From: Candidatus Fermentibacteraceae bacterium
GTDB lineage: Bacteria; Fermentibacterota; Fermentibacteria; Fermentibacterales; JCC-6
Direction: 5' to 3'
DNA length: 64,000 bases
Assembly (NCBI GenBank): GCA_027067855.1
Contig: JAMOUX010000026.1
Span: 16,473 to 80,472, forward strand
Position 1 is the stretch's first letter. The number at the start of each line of letters is the position of its first letter. Of the stretch, positions 8,816 to 17,066 are shown one piece after another. Made by a program: the position numbers and the translations under genes. The notes beneath the pieces are model-generated. The model was not told the origin of the DNA and did no database searches. It saw only the letters and a list, made by a program, of their open reading frames with translations.

Positions 8816-9805
8816 ATGCCAATATTCACGTTGAAGAGACTGCAGAATGTTTCAAGCACAAAACTTAAAAAAATATTGCATGTGTGTAAGTATTTTAACG
8901 GAAGAAGCCCATTAAATCCCCTGTTCGTACAGCTACTGCTTACATATAAATGTAATGCCCATTGTCCGTTCTGTTACCAGGCGGAAGACAAGAAAAGCAT
9001 CCCGGATATGACACCGGAGAATGCCGCGGCGATTGAGAAGAACATCAGGAAATCATTTACTTTCAAACCTTTAATTCATTTTTTCGGCGGAGAGCCGACC
9101 GTCAATAAAAATTTTCCGGAAATTCTGGACTACTTTTCAAAAACGGGATACAGACTGTCCATGACAACAAACGGCATAAACCTGCCTAGATATAAAAAAG
9201 CAATTGTAAAAGCGGCCGGTTTGAGAGAAATCCATATTTCGTTAAATGATACTGATTATCCGGGAATGTTGGCCAAGCTTAACGAACTGCATGCTGAAGA
9301 TAAAAAAAAACACCTATACGTTACAATCAATTGTCCGATAACAGAACAGAATCAGCATCAATTACTGGACATAGTAAAAATATTCGAACAATCGCCGATC
9401 GACTGCCTGGCTTTTCAACACAGGGCATTCATCTGGTATGACGGTTTTGTAAAAATGGATTATAAGGCCATCAAAGAACAAATCGAGGCTATCAGGAAAA
9501 GAAAAAACAGGGTTAAGGTTTTGATAAGGCCGAATATAGCCGTTAACGAAATTAGAGATTATTATATGGTCAAAGAATATCCATTAGATAAAAATCAATG
9601 TTATTTTCCATGGTTCGTGTTATTCATACAACCAAACGGCAATGTCACACCGTGCGACGAATTGGATATTTACCTGGGAAACGCCATAACGGATAATCTG
9701 AAAGAACTATGGAACAATCCCGAATACGTGAAATTCAGGAAAAGCATTTTAGATCATGGTATCGGTTTCCCGATATGTAACAGGTGCGATCACCGAGAAT
9801 ACTAG
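8816..9805 (+). CDS. Radical SAM protein with C-terminal SPASM/twitch-like Cys-rich domain
   Basis: CxxxCxxC motif (LLLTYKCNAHCPFCYQ). C-terminal cysteines at NQCY, TPCD and ICNRCDH. Low GC. Contains an A9 homopolymer at 9302-9310. Confidence 0.8.
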   Translation: MPIFTLKRLQNVSSTKLKKILHVCKYFNGRSPLNPLFVQLLLTYKCNAHCPFCYQAEDKKSIPDMTPENAAAIEKNIRKSFTFKPLIHFFGGEPTVNKNFPEILDYFSKTGYRLSMTTNGINLPRYKKAIVKAAGLREIHISLNDTDYPGMLAKLNELHAEDKKKHLYVTINCPITEQNQHQLLDIVKIFEQSPIDCLAFQHRAFIWYDGFVKMDYKAIKEQIEAIRKRKNRVKVLIRPNIAVNEIRDYYMVKEYPLDKNQCYFPWFVLFIQPNGNVTPCDELDIYLGNAITDNLKELWNNPEYVKFRKSILDHGIGFPICNRCDHREY

Positions 9806-9814
9806 GAAAGTTCT

Positions 9815-10963
9815 ATGTATACGGTCGTAATTCCCGCCCTGAACGAAGCGAAGACCATAGGAATATGCGTCGAAAAGGCATTACGGGCGATGCGTGATAT
9901 CGGTGTCGATGGAGAAGTGCTTGTAATCGATAACGGCTCAACGGATGAAACGGTTCACGAGGCGATGGCGGCAGGTGCGAAAGTCGTCGAGGTAAAGGAA
10001 AAGGGATACGGCGCAGCATACAGACAGGGAATTCCGCATGCATCGGGAGATTACATTATCATCGGGGACGCCGATGATTCCTACAATTTCGAAGAAATCG
10101 GGCCCTTCATCGAAAAGCTTGAAGAAGGTTACGAATTCGTTATCGGCAACAGGTTCAAAGGAAAGATCGAAAAAGGAGCGATGCCCTGGCTCCACAGATA
10201 CATAGGAACTCCCATACTCACGGGGATCATGAACCTTTTTTTCAAGGTGGGAGTAGGAGACACCAACTGCGGCATGAGGGCATTCACGAAAGCCGCTTTT
10301 AATAAAATGAAACTAAAAACTTCGGGAATGGAATTCGCCACGGAAATGGTAATAAAGGCTTCCGTCACCGGCCTTCGCATGTGCGAGATACCGTGTAATC
10401 TCTACCGGGATAAAAGAAGCCGCGCTCCTCACCTGAACACCTGGAAAGACGGATGGAGATATTTAAGGTTCATGTTGCTGTTCGCCCCTTTCTGGACGTA
10501 TTTCGTTCCGGGCATGGTTCTGATGCTTACGGGGATATTCGGGATGCTTGCGATGTTGGTAAGGGATATTGTAAATCCGGCTTTCCTATCAGACATAATC
10601 AAGAACAAGTATTTTGTATTGAACATGATACCCTTGCTCGTCGGAAGCCAGATACTTTCTTTCGGAATGATCGCACAGAGCTTGTGTTATAGGGAATACT
10701 ACAGCAACGTGAATAAAAGACTGGAACGTATTCTTGCCAGGTTCAAACTTGAAAAATGGCTGGCTTACAGTTTAATTACAATCGGTGCAGGAGTATTAAT
10801 ATTTCTATATTTAATAGCAACAAACTATCTGAACATCGGATATACCTTTACCGAAGTACTGAGAGACGATTTCAACGCGATCGCGACGACATTGATTATT
10901 CTCGGCACTCAAATATTCTATACGGCGTTTGTTCTTAGCATCAACAAGCTAAAGGTAGTATAA
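9815..10963 (+). CDS. GT2 polyprenyl-phosphate hexose synthase (DPM1/GtrB/ArnC-like) with extended C-terminal multi-TM domain
   Basis: VIPALNE, VIDNGSTDET, GDADDSY (DxD) and NCGMRAF motifs match the dolichyl/undecaprenyl-phosphate sugar synthase family. About 150 aa of C-terminal TM helices, longer than in GtrB. Confidence 0.8.
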   Translation: MYTVVIPALNEAKTIGICVEKALRAMRDIGVDGEVLVIDNGSTDETVHEAMAAGAKVVEVKEKGYGAAYRQGIPHASGDYIIIGDADDSYNFEEIGPFIEKLEEGYEFVIGNRFKGKIEKGAMPWLHRYIGTPILTGIMNLFFKVGVGDTNCGMRAFTKAAFNKMKLKTSGMEFATEMVIKASVTGLRMCEIPCNLYRDKRSRAPHLNTWKDGWRYLRFMLLFAPFWTYFVPGMVLMLTGIFGMLAMLVRDIVNPAFLSDIIKNKYFVLNMIPLLVGSQILSFGMIAQSLCYREYYSNVNKRLERILARFKLEKWLAYSLITIGAGVLIFLYLIATNYLNIGYTFTEVLRDDFNAIATTLIILGTQIFYTAFVLSINKLKVV

Positions 10964-11025
10964 CAGAGTTGCAAAAAAGGTAAATAGTCTTTAAAATTCA
11001 GATATGAAATCTGAAAGGAGAAGAC

Positions 11026-11091
11026 ATGCCGGAACAATGCCGTATAATGCTTCTTTCGAACCGAAGGTTGAACCCGAATGACCCGAAATAA
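11026..11091 (+). CDS. Possible 21-aa upstream ORF (MPEQCRIMLLSNRRLNPNDPK) with strong SD, overlapping the methyltransferase start
   Basis: GAAAGGAGAAGAC-ATG. The stop TAA at 11089-11091 overlaps the downstream ATG at 11078 in another frame. The call is speculative. Confidence 0.2.
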   Translation: MPEQCRIMLLSNRRLNPNDPK

Positions 11092-11845
11092 GCTGATACA
11101 TCCCTCTTCCGACGATCATACGGAACACGGGGAAGCGAGAGAATCCCGTTTGAGTTTTTACAAGAGGTGGGTATCCGCTTCAGGCCCATATCTCAGGTGG
11201 CAAGCACGATTGGTTTCGGATTATGTCGGGAAAAGAGTTGCGGATATCGGGTGCGGATTATCTTTTTTCTCGGAAATATTCGACCATACGGAACTTTACC
11301 TCGTCTTCGACAACGACGAGTCGATAAAACACGAGTTGAAGAAAAGCGCCGGTACCGGAAAATTCACTATTGCCCGAACCGGGGATATTTGCAGTGACGA
11401 AGCCGTGCAAGAGCTGATTGATAATGATATTGATACCATAATATGTTTTAATACGCTGGAACATATTTCCGATGACAAGACCGCCATGGCAAATATGGTC
11501 AGGGGAGTACGGGAGCATGGTCATATCTGCATAATCGTTCCCGCGTTAAATATTCTGTACGGTACTCTCGATGTTTTTGACGGACATTACAGGAGATACT
11601 CGAAAAAAAGCCTTCTCGGGCTTATCGAAAATCTACCGGTTCGCGTAGAGTTACTCCATTACATGAACATGATCGGTGGCATCGGGTGGTTTATAAAAAG
11701 CAGGATTCTTAAAGAGAAATCTTTCAAAACCGAAAATTTCAAAATAATTTCGACCCTTGTCCCCGTTATTTCATCATCAGAGCGCCGGATCAAGCCGCCT
11801 TTCGGATTATCGCTGGTACTGGTCCTGAAAAAACTGCATGATTGA
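11078..11845 (+). CDS. Class I SAM-dependent methyltransferase (Methyltransf_11/12-like)
   Basis: VADIGCGLSFFSEIF (motif I, GxGxG), an acidic residue after beta-2 (LVFDNDE), and ICFNTLEHI (motif post I/II). Low GC. Confidence 0.75.
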   Translation: MTRNKLIHPSSDDHTEHGEARESRLSFYKRWVSASGPYLRWQARLVSDYVGKRVADIGCGLSFFSEIFDHTELYLVFDNDESIKHELKKSAGTGKFTIARTGDICSDEAVQELIDNDIDTIICFNTLEHISDDKTAMANMVRGVREHGHICIIVPALNILYGTLDVFDGHYRRYSKKSLLGLIENLPVRVELLHYMNMIGGIGWFIKSRILKEKSFKTENFKIISTLVPVISSSERRIKPPFGLSLVLVLKKLHD

Positions 11846-11945
11846 GTAAACGGAATATAGCGGCGACTGCTCCTATTCTACGGAAGCAGAAGAAATAAAA
11901 AAACATCTCGAACAGTTCCGCATTTTCGAGAAAGAATGGGCGTTT

Positions 11946-13814
11946 CTAGTAAAGAAATATTTCCCGGGCGATCAAGATCGATTTATCAAGATCCGCTTCC
12001 TCTTGTCCGAAGTCCGGTCGATGCAAGTATGTCCTGTATTTCATTCTCCTGGTGGGCGCCACCTCCTCCGCCAATTCCCGGGTCCACTCCTCCATCCGGA
12101 AACGTTCCCCGTCCAGCCAGAACAGGTAAGGTTTCCTGCCGGGATAGGCTTCCATGAAAAGCCGATCCTCGGCGGGGGTCTGGTGAGCACAGAATATCAC
12201 GTCACCGTCCAGGAACGGGGAATCGAAGTTGAGCCCGCTGCAGATGTTGGGGTAACCGTACTGTCCCGCTTGCATGAACACCACCGCCGGAGGAGTCACT
12301 ACTTCCCGGGCCATCTTTCCGGGTATACTGTCGACGGCCTGCCACGGACCGGACCTGAGAGCTATCCCCTCCGGCATGTATACCAGAAGCGTGATGCCGA
12401 ACAGGAACAGGACGAAAGCGGTCACCATGTTCTTCCCCAAGCGCCCTTTCTTCCTTTCCGCGAGGTGGAGCGCCTCCCGCAATCCCAGCGCGGAAAGCAC
12501 CATTATCACCGGGAGGAACGTGAAGTAGTGCCTGGGGCCGTAGTCTATCGCGGGGCAGTAATGCAGCCACATCAGTATCATTATCAGCCCCAGGGGCACG
12601 AACAGCCGGCATACCCGCAGCCTTTTGCATGAGAACAGGGCGAATAACACCGGGAGGAGGGACAGAAAGGGCCACCCGAAAAGTATCATGCTCCCCACGC
12701 CGAGTTGACGCGCCACGTTGTAGATTCCCCGCATAGGCGTGTGGGCATGGTCACCATACTCCGGGAACCATGCCTTGTCGGAGCCGAATCCCAGCAGTCT
12801 GCCCCCTCTGACCATATCGTAACCGGACTTCAGCGGATTTCCGGTGTAGTAGTAATTCGACAGCAGTAACAATACGAACGGTACGGCCGCCGCGACGGCG
12901 GCGGGCAACAGCACCCTGCGCCACCTTTTCCCCGCGAGCATGAATACCGCAAAAGGAACGCACGCCAACCAGACCAGCACGGGATACGGCTTCGTGGCGA
13001 ATGCCAATCCCATCAACAATCCTCCGGCGGCGGCGGTGATCATGCCCGCCCCCTTCACGGCCCTGGAGATGAAATACAACGACCACGTCACCAGCATCAG
13101 GTTGGAATTGTGGGCCATCAGCGTAGGGGTCATGAACAGGAAGAAGGGCGAGAGCAGGAAAAGCACCACCGTTACCCTGGACAGCGTTTCTCCGCCCCAA
13201 AGTCTTACAAGAAGGTACACGCCCAGCAGGGTCAGCATCCCCTCCAGGGGACCCAGCAGGGGAGCCGGCCCCGCCGCCGTCAGGGGAGCCATCAGCATGG
13301 AATGGAAGGGGGTATAGATAATAAACCACCTGCCCTTATCGAAGATGAAGTGGCGAAACGGGAAATACGCCCCGGGATTTTCCACCGCGGGAGCCGGCGC
13401 GGCAAGCTTTCCCGCAGCGTAGATCTTGGACTGGAAATAGTAGGCTGTTTCATCCCCCCCCTTGGGAATTCCTTCCAGAGGTCCGAAGGCCATCCAGACT
13501 GAAAAAATTCCCAGCAGCGCCATGGCGGTGCCAATGAACAGCCACGACGGCGGGGCAACGAGTTTCCCGAGAATCGATTCCGCCATGTCCCCCCGGATTC
13601 TTCCCGCCAGCCACGCACCCAGAGCCGCGGCTGCGGGAACCAGCAGCACCAACTGTACCGCCTTGTCCGGGGGTCCGGTAAACCCTCCCGTGAGGACCCT
13701 GTATGCAACGAACCCCCCTGCAAGCAGAATCCCGGCGAAAAGGAACGGTTTCCCCCTCATCAGCGCTTTTTTCCGGCCGGGCGGAAGTATATTCCCCTCC
13801 CCGGCCCCAGACAC
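11946..13814 (-). CDS. GT-C fold polyprenyl-phosphate-sugar dependent glycosyltransferase (ArnT/PMT/GtrC-like), 12+ TM integral membrane protein
   Basis: 622 aa. Many TM helices. A DE-type motif sits in the first periplasmic loop (GGDETAYYFQSKIYA). The C-terminal soluble domain is about 150 aa. The gene is adjacent and convergent to the GtrB-like GT2. Confidence 0.6.
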   Translation of the reverse strand: MSGAGEGNILPPGRKKALMRGKPFLFAGILLAGGFVAYRVLTGGFTGPPDKAVQLVLLVPAAAALGAWLAGRIRGDMAESILGKLVAPPSWLFIGTAMALLGIFSVWMAFGPLEGIPKGGDETAYYFQSKIYAAGKLAAPAPAVENPGAYFPFRHFIFDKGRWFIIYTPFHSMLMAPLTAAGPAPLLGPLEGMLTLLGVYLLVRLWGGETLSRVTVVLFLLSPFFLFMTPTLMAHNSNLMLVTWSLYFISRAVKGAGMITAAAGGLLMGLAFATKPYPVLVWLACVPFAVFMLAGKRWRRVLLPAAVAAAVPFVLLLLSNYYYTGNPLKSGYDMVRGGRLLGFGSDKAWFPEYGDHAHTPMRGIYNVARQLGVGSMILFGWPFLSLLPVLFALFSCKRLRVCRLFVPLGLIMILMWLHYCPAIDYGPRHYFTFLPVIMVLSALGLREALHLAERKKGRLGKNMVTAFVLFLFGITLLVYMPEGIALRSGPWQAVDSIPGKMAREVVTPPAVVFMQAGQYGYPNICSGLNFDSPFLDGDVIFCAHQTPAEDRLFMEAYPGRKPYLFWLDGERFRMEEWTRELAEEVAPTRRMKYRTYLHRPDFGQEEADLDKSILIAREIFLY

Positions 13815-14060
13815 CGGGCCGTACGAACCTCCCGGACTGCTTTCATTTCTTCACCCTTCCTTTTCGCTGCGAATATGTAAATATGCACAACGACAATCCG
13901 TTCTCCATACCAAGGCCGTTGATTCGAAAATCTCAGGGCGATTTTTCATGAAACCGGAGGAACAGACCCCCGGAGAGAACCGTGCCGGCAGGTCTCCCGC
14001 ACATTCAAGAACATAATGGAGGACATCGCCGGAAAAACCCGAAAACCACGAGGCGATTAT

Positions 14061-14879
14061 CTATGAAAGGACCATGGCTTCCCGCCTGCGTCGCCTGTAA
14101 ATATGCACCTTTTCGAAACCGGTTTGCCGGAGCAGGTCCAGCCCGGCGCGAAGACCGAAGAAAACGTAGGGATCCTTATGGGAATCCGAACCTATGGACA
14201 CCAGCCTGCCGCCCATTCCATGGTACATCGCAAGGACCTCCGGTGAAGGATAGGTGCATCTCTCCTTCCTGCGGAGGCCGGAAGTATTGAGTTCCAGCGC
14301 TATATCCCTGTCCATCAACGTGCCCAGAATCTTTTCCACCAATCCGGGCCACAGCTCGACTTCGGAGGGGAAACCTTCTTTTCCCGCCAGGAACAACCCC
14401 CTTCGGTAGATTCCGAAATGGGCAAGCATATCCATGTCCGCAATTTCCACCATCTCCAGGGTTTCCCGCAAGTAGGCCTCCACCACGATTTCCGGTTCGT
14501 GTTCCCCGAATACTTCCGCTCCCAGCGCAATGCCGATTCCCCGAACGTGGTGGAGCGCTCCCGTTATGAAATCGAAATCATCGCAATCCACCACGGCGGC
14601 CACCTCTTCCCGGAACCTGTGGGGCTCGCCCACTTCCAAACCTTCCAGGATCAACGGCTCACCTTTTGCAAGTTTCCGCGCTTCTTCCAGGGAACGCCGG
14701 TACGCAACGGGATCGAAGACACCGTAACAGAAATCATCGGGATTCATATTGACGTGCGCCACGAATCCCAGGACGGACACGCCTTCGCTGATCGCCCGCT
14801 CCACAAGATCCACCGCCGGTATCTCCCCGTCCGGGGAATCGACGGTGTGTACGTGCATGTCCACCAGGTTCATTCGCAC
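14061..14879 (-). CDS. PHP domain metal-dependent phosphoesterase (histidinol-phosphatase HisJ/HisK family)
   Basis: DMHVHT motif at the N-terminus. His/Asp-rich PHP motifs are spread along the sequence (GFVAHV, HF...IGSDSH). Confidence 0.7.
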   Translation of the reverse strand: MRMNLVDMHVHTVDSPDGEIPAVDLVERAISEGVSVLGFVAHVNMNPDDFCYGVFDPVAYRRSLEEARKLAKGEPLILEGLEVGEPHRFREEVAAVVDCDDFDFITGALHHVRGIGIALGAEVFGEHEPEIVVEAYLRETLEMVEIADMDMLAHFGIYRRGLFLAGKEGFPSEVELWPGLVEKILGTLMDRDIALELNTSGLRRKERCTYPSPEVLAMYHGMGGRLVSIGSDSHKDPYVFFGLRAGLDLLRQTGFEKVHIYRRRRREAMVLS

Positions 14880-14888
14880 CCGCCCGGC

Positions 14889-15560
14889 TTAGTACGTGAA
14901 TCCCAGGGCGACGAGTACGACGCGCCTGGAAATGCCCATGGGAACGGAGAACTGGAAGAAGATGGATTCCGGAACGTAGTTGTTCCCGGACAATCCTCCG
15001 CCGGGAGTCTTCAGGCCGTATTCGCATCCGGCACGCAGGCAGTAAAACACCGTATTCTCAATCGCGTCCCAGTCGTGGGAACCGTCATCTTTCTCCGGGA
15101 TGTTCAGCAGATCGGGACCGTACCCGACATCCGCTCCGGCGAAAGCCTCGAGGACACCTTCGAAGGTTCTGCCGATACAGGCGGAAAACCTGGTCATGAG
15201 CACCTGGGCCGGAATAACGTAATTGACGTTCAGCATCGCCGAGCATGCGGTAGGATTACTCTGCCGGGTCACGTCGATCTTGACCATGGGGCCGACCCCG
15301 TAACCGAACGCCGAAATGCCTACGTCGACATTGCCGGTAGCTCCAACCGCAAAATCCAGGGAGGGATAGGGGGTCAATCGGTCTTCTCCCGTCTCCTGCG
15401 CCTCCCGCCTGGATTCCGCGGAGAAATAGGCGGGAAAGGCCCCCCCGGCGGTAACGGTGTAATGATCCTTCCCAAGGGTGTGAGCGCCCTGCATCGCGCC
15501 GTAGTAGCACGACGTCATGATCATGGCGGCCGTCAAGGCCAGCAAGGCCGTCGTTCTCAT
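14889..15560 (-). CDS. Putative outer-membrane beta-barrel lipoprotein
   Basis: Internal ATG of ORF 14889..16277, with an AGGGG RBS. Signal peptide MRTTALLALTAAMIMTSC (lipobox-like). Gly/aromatic-rich with alternating hydrophobicity. C-terminal ...LGFTY aromatic terminus. The N-terminal extension given in the track is not credible. Confidence 0.5.
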   Translation of the reverse strand: MRTTALLALTAAMIMTSCYYGAMQGAHTLGKDHYTVTAGGAFPAYFSAESRREAQETGEDRLTPYPSLDFAVGATGNVDVGISAFGYGVGPMVKIDVTRQSNPTACSAMLNVNYVIPAQVLMTRFSACIGRTFEGVLEAFAGADVGYGPDLLNIPEKDDGSHDWDAIENTVFYCLRAGCEYGLKTPGGGLSGNNYVPESIFFQFSVPMGISRRVVLVALGFTY

Positions 15561-15677
15561 CAGTGCCCCTTTCCGTTTTAATGAAGATACTGAACGGTCC
15601 GGAGAGGACAAGTCCCGCTGGACCACGGGCGGTTTTTTTCGTATCACTTTGCCGGTCGGAAAAGGATGGAGGAAGAA

Positions 15678-16331
15678 ATGGACAGGAGAGTCGCTTTCGT
15701 ACTGAGCGGCTGCGGAGTGAAGGACGGCACCGAGATTCACGAGGCGGTCTCGGCCCTTATCGCCCTTGACGCAGCCGGGTACCGTGTGCTGTTCACCGCT
15801 CCCGACGTGCCCCAGGCGGCCACGGTGGATCACCTTACCGGAAAACCGGAGGATACCCCGAGGTACGTCCTCAAAGAAGCGGCAAGAATCGCGAGGGGGA
15901 AAATAGTCCCACTGTCGACGCTGAAAGCCGATGATTTCGACGCCTTGTTGTTCCCGGGGGGGTTCGGAGCCGCCCTGACCCTCTGCACCTTCGCCTCGGA
16001 CGGGATCGCCTGCAAGGTCAACCCGGATGTGGAGAGAATGATCAGCATCGCGAAGAATACCGGCAAACCCATAGCCGCCATGTGTATAGCTCCGGTAATA
16101 CTGGCCCGGACCATACCCGGAGCCAGGATTACTATCGGTAACGATCCCGAAACCGCCGCCGCCCTGGAACAGATGGGCGCCGTGCACGTGGAATGTTCCG
16201 TGGACGATGCCGTTACGGACACCCGCAACAAGCTGGTCACCACTCCGGCATACATGCTCGCCCAGGGTCCGGCACAAGTCTACACCGGGGCGGTGCGCAT
16301 GGTGGAGGAACTCGGCGGACTCTTCCGGTAG
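15678..16331 (+). CDS. elbB: DJ-1/PfpI superfamily protein, ElbB/ES1-like (glyoxalase/isoprenoid biosynthesis protein)
   Basis: MDRRVAFVLSGCGVKDGTEIHEAVSALIALDAAGY... is the ElbB family N-terminus. GGAGGA RBS 5 nt upstream of the ATG at 15678. Confidence 0.75.
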   Translation: MDRRVAFVLSGCGVKDGTEIHEAVSALIALDAAGYRVLFTAPDVPQAATVDHLTGKPEDTPRYVLKEAARIARGKIVPLSTLKADDFDALLFPGGFGAALTLCTFASDGIACKVNPDVERMISIAKNTGKPIAAMCIAPVILARTIPGARITIGNDPETAAALEQMGAVHVECSVDDAVTDTRNKLVTTPAYMLAQGPAQVYTGAVRMVEELGGLFR

Positions 16332-16421
16332 GATCCCCGAAGCAAGGTTCGTCCGGAAGACAAGTCGTCCCGGTACGGAAACCGGAGAGGGAACATCAGG
16401 TCAGGAGATGAAACCCGTTCT

Positions 16422-17066
16422 TCAGGTCTTTCCCGCCGCCATGTCCCTCTTGGCCTCCACCATATCCTTAACCTTCATGAGCCTGGTAAGGTTGCCTCGT
16501 TCCATCTCATCCAGTTTAAGCCTTATGGAACGTATCGCCTCCTCCAACTCGGGGATGAGCTTGTACTCCAAGGCGTTGACCCGCCGCCTGGTGGTGTCTA
16601 TCTCCTTGGCCATGAGGCTTATGGCTTTTTCCTGCCCGGCCAGCTCCACTATCTTGGGAAGCAGTTCCTTGTAAACCTTCAGCGCCTCGTCCAGTTCCGC
16701 GGGAGTATCGAACATGCCGTAATTTCTCACGTTGCCCTCTACGGAGACCCGGAACACCGGAAGCAGGAGGTTCATTACCTTTCTCGTGCCGGTGGTGACT
16801 TTCGTTTCCGCCCCGGGATATCTCAGGGCGTCCTCCAGCCCCGGCTCGGTCATGGCGGCCCTGGCGAAGAGGAATCTGCCGTAAGCCTTCTCCAGTTCCT
16901 CTTCCAATTTCCGCCTGGTTTCCTCGTAACCGGATATCAGGATCTTGAACCGCCTCATGAGCTCGTCCAGCTTGTCCTTGAGAAGCTTGTGACCTTTCAC
17001 GGCGAGTCCCGCCTTCTTGCGAAGGTTGAGAAGCTCCATCCGGGTGGCGCTGACGATGATCGGCAT
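16422..17066 (-). CDS. atpD: V/A-type ATP synthase subunit D
   Basis: [37 protein letters not shown] is the canonical subunit D start. Confidence 0.9.
   Translation of the reverse strand: MPIIVSATRMELLNLRKKAGLAVKGHKLLKDKLDELMRRFKILISGYEETRRKLEEELEKAYGRFLFARAAMTEPGLEDALRYPGAETKVTTGTRKVMNLLLPVFRVSVEGNVRNYGMFDTPAELDEALKVYKELLPKIVELAGQEKAISLMAKEIDTTRRRVNALEYKLIPELEEAIRSIRLKLDEMERGNLTRLMKVKDMVEAKRDMAAGKT

Larger units (their letters stand above)
8700..11945. other. AT-rich genomic island (compositionally atypical, roughly 35-40% GC versus roughly 60% in flanks) carrying three glycan-modification genes
   Basis: Visible composition shift (runs such as gataaaaaaaaacacctatacgttacaatcaattg). Bounded on the left by a 440 bp non-coding spacer. 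No integrase or tRNA was seen. Confidence 0.5.

Noticed and set aside
8406-8822. ORFs in the 440 bp spacer (8406..8822 minus, 8426..8701 plus) as real genes.
   Set aside because: No recognisable motifs. They overlap each other on opposite strands. The region is better explained as non-coding spacer, decayed sequence or regulatory DNA.
8700-11945. Calling the AT-rich island a mobile element.
   Set aside because: No integrase, transposase, terminal inverted repeats or flanking direct repeats were seen. Only compositional evidence of foreign origin exists, so it is kept as an island of type other.
11846-11945. Hairpin CTGCTCC...GGAAGCAG read as a terminator after the methyltransferase.
   Set aside because: It is followed by an A-run rather than a T-run on the plus strand, and the T-run precedes the hairpin on the minus strand. 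It does not meet the intrinsic terminator pattern on either strand.
14889-16277. Full 462-aa extent of the minus ORF, and N-terminal extensions of several other track ORFs (548..2284, 24700..25098, 49578..50414, 56382..56945, 57813..58325, 37426..38013).
   Set aside because: The family-conserved N-termini, RBS positions and neighbouring gene ends all indicate internal starts. The upstream extensions overlap adjacent genes or lack coding character.
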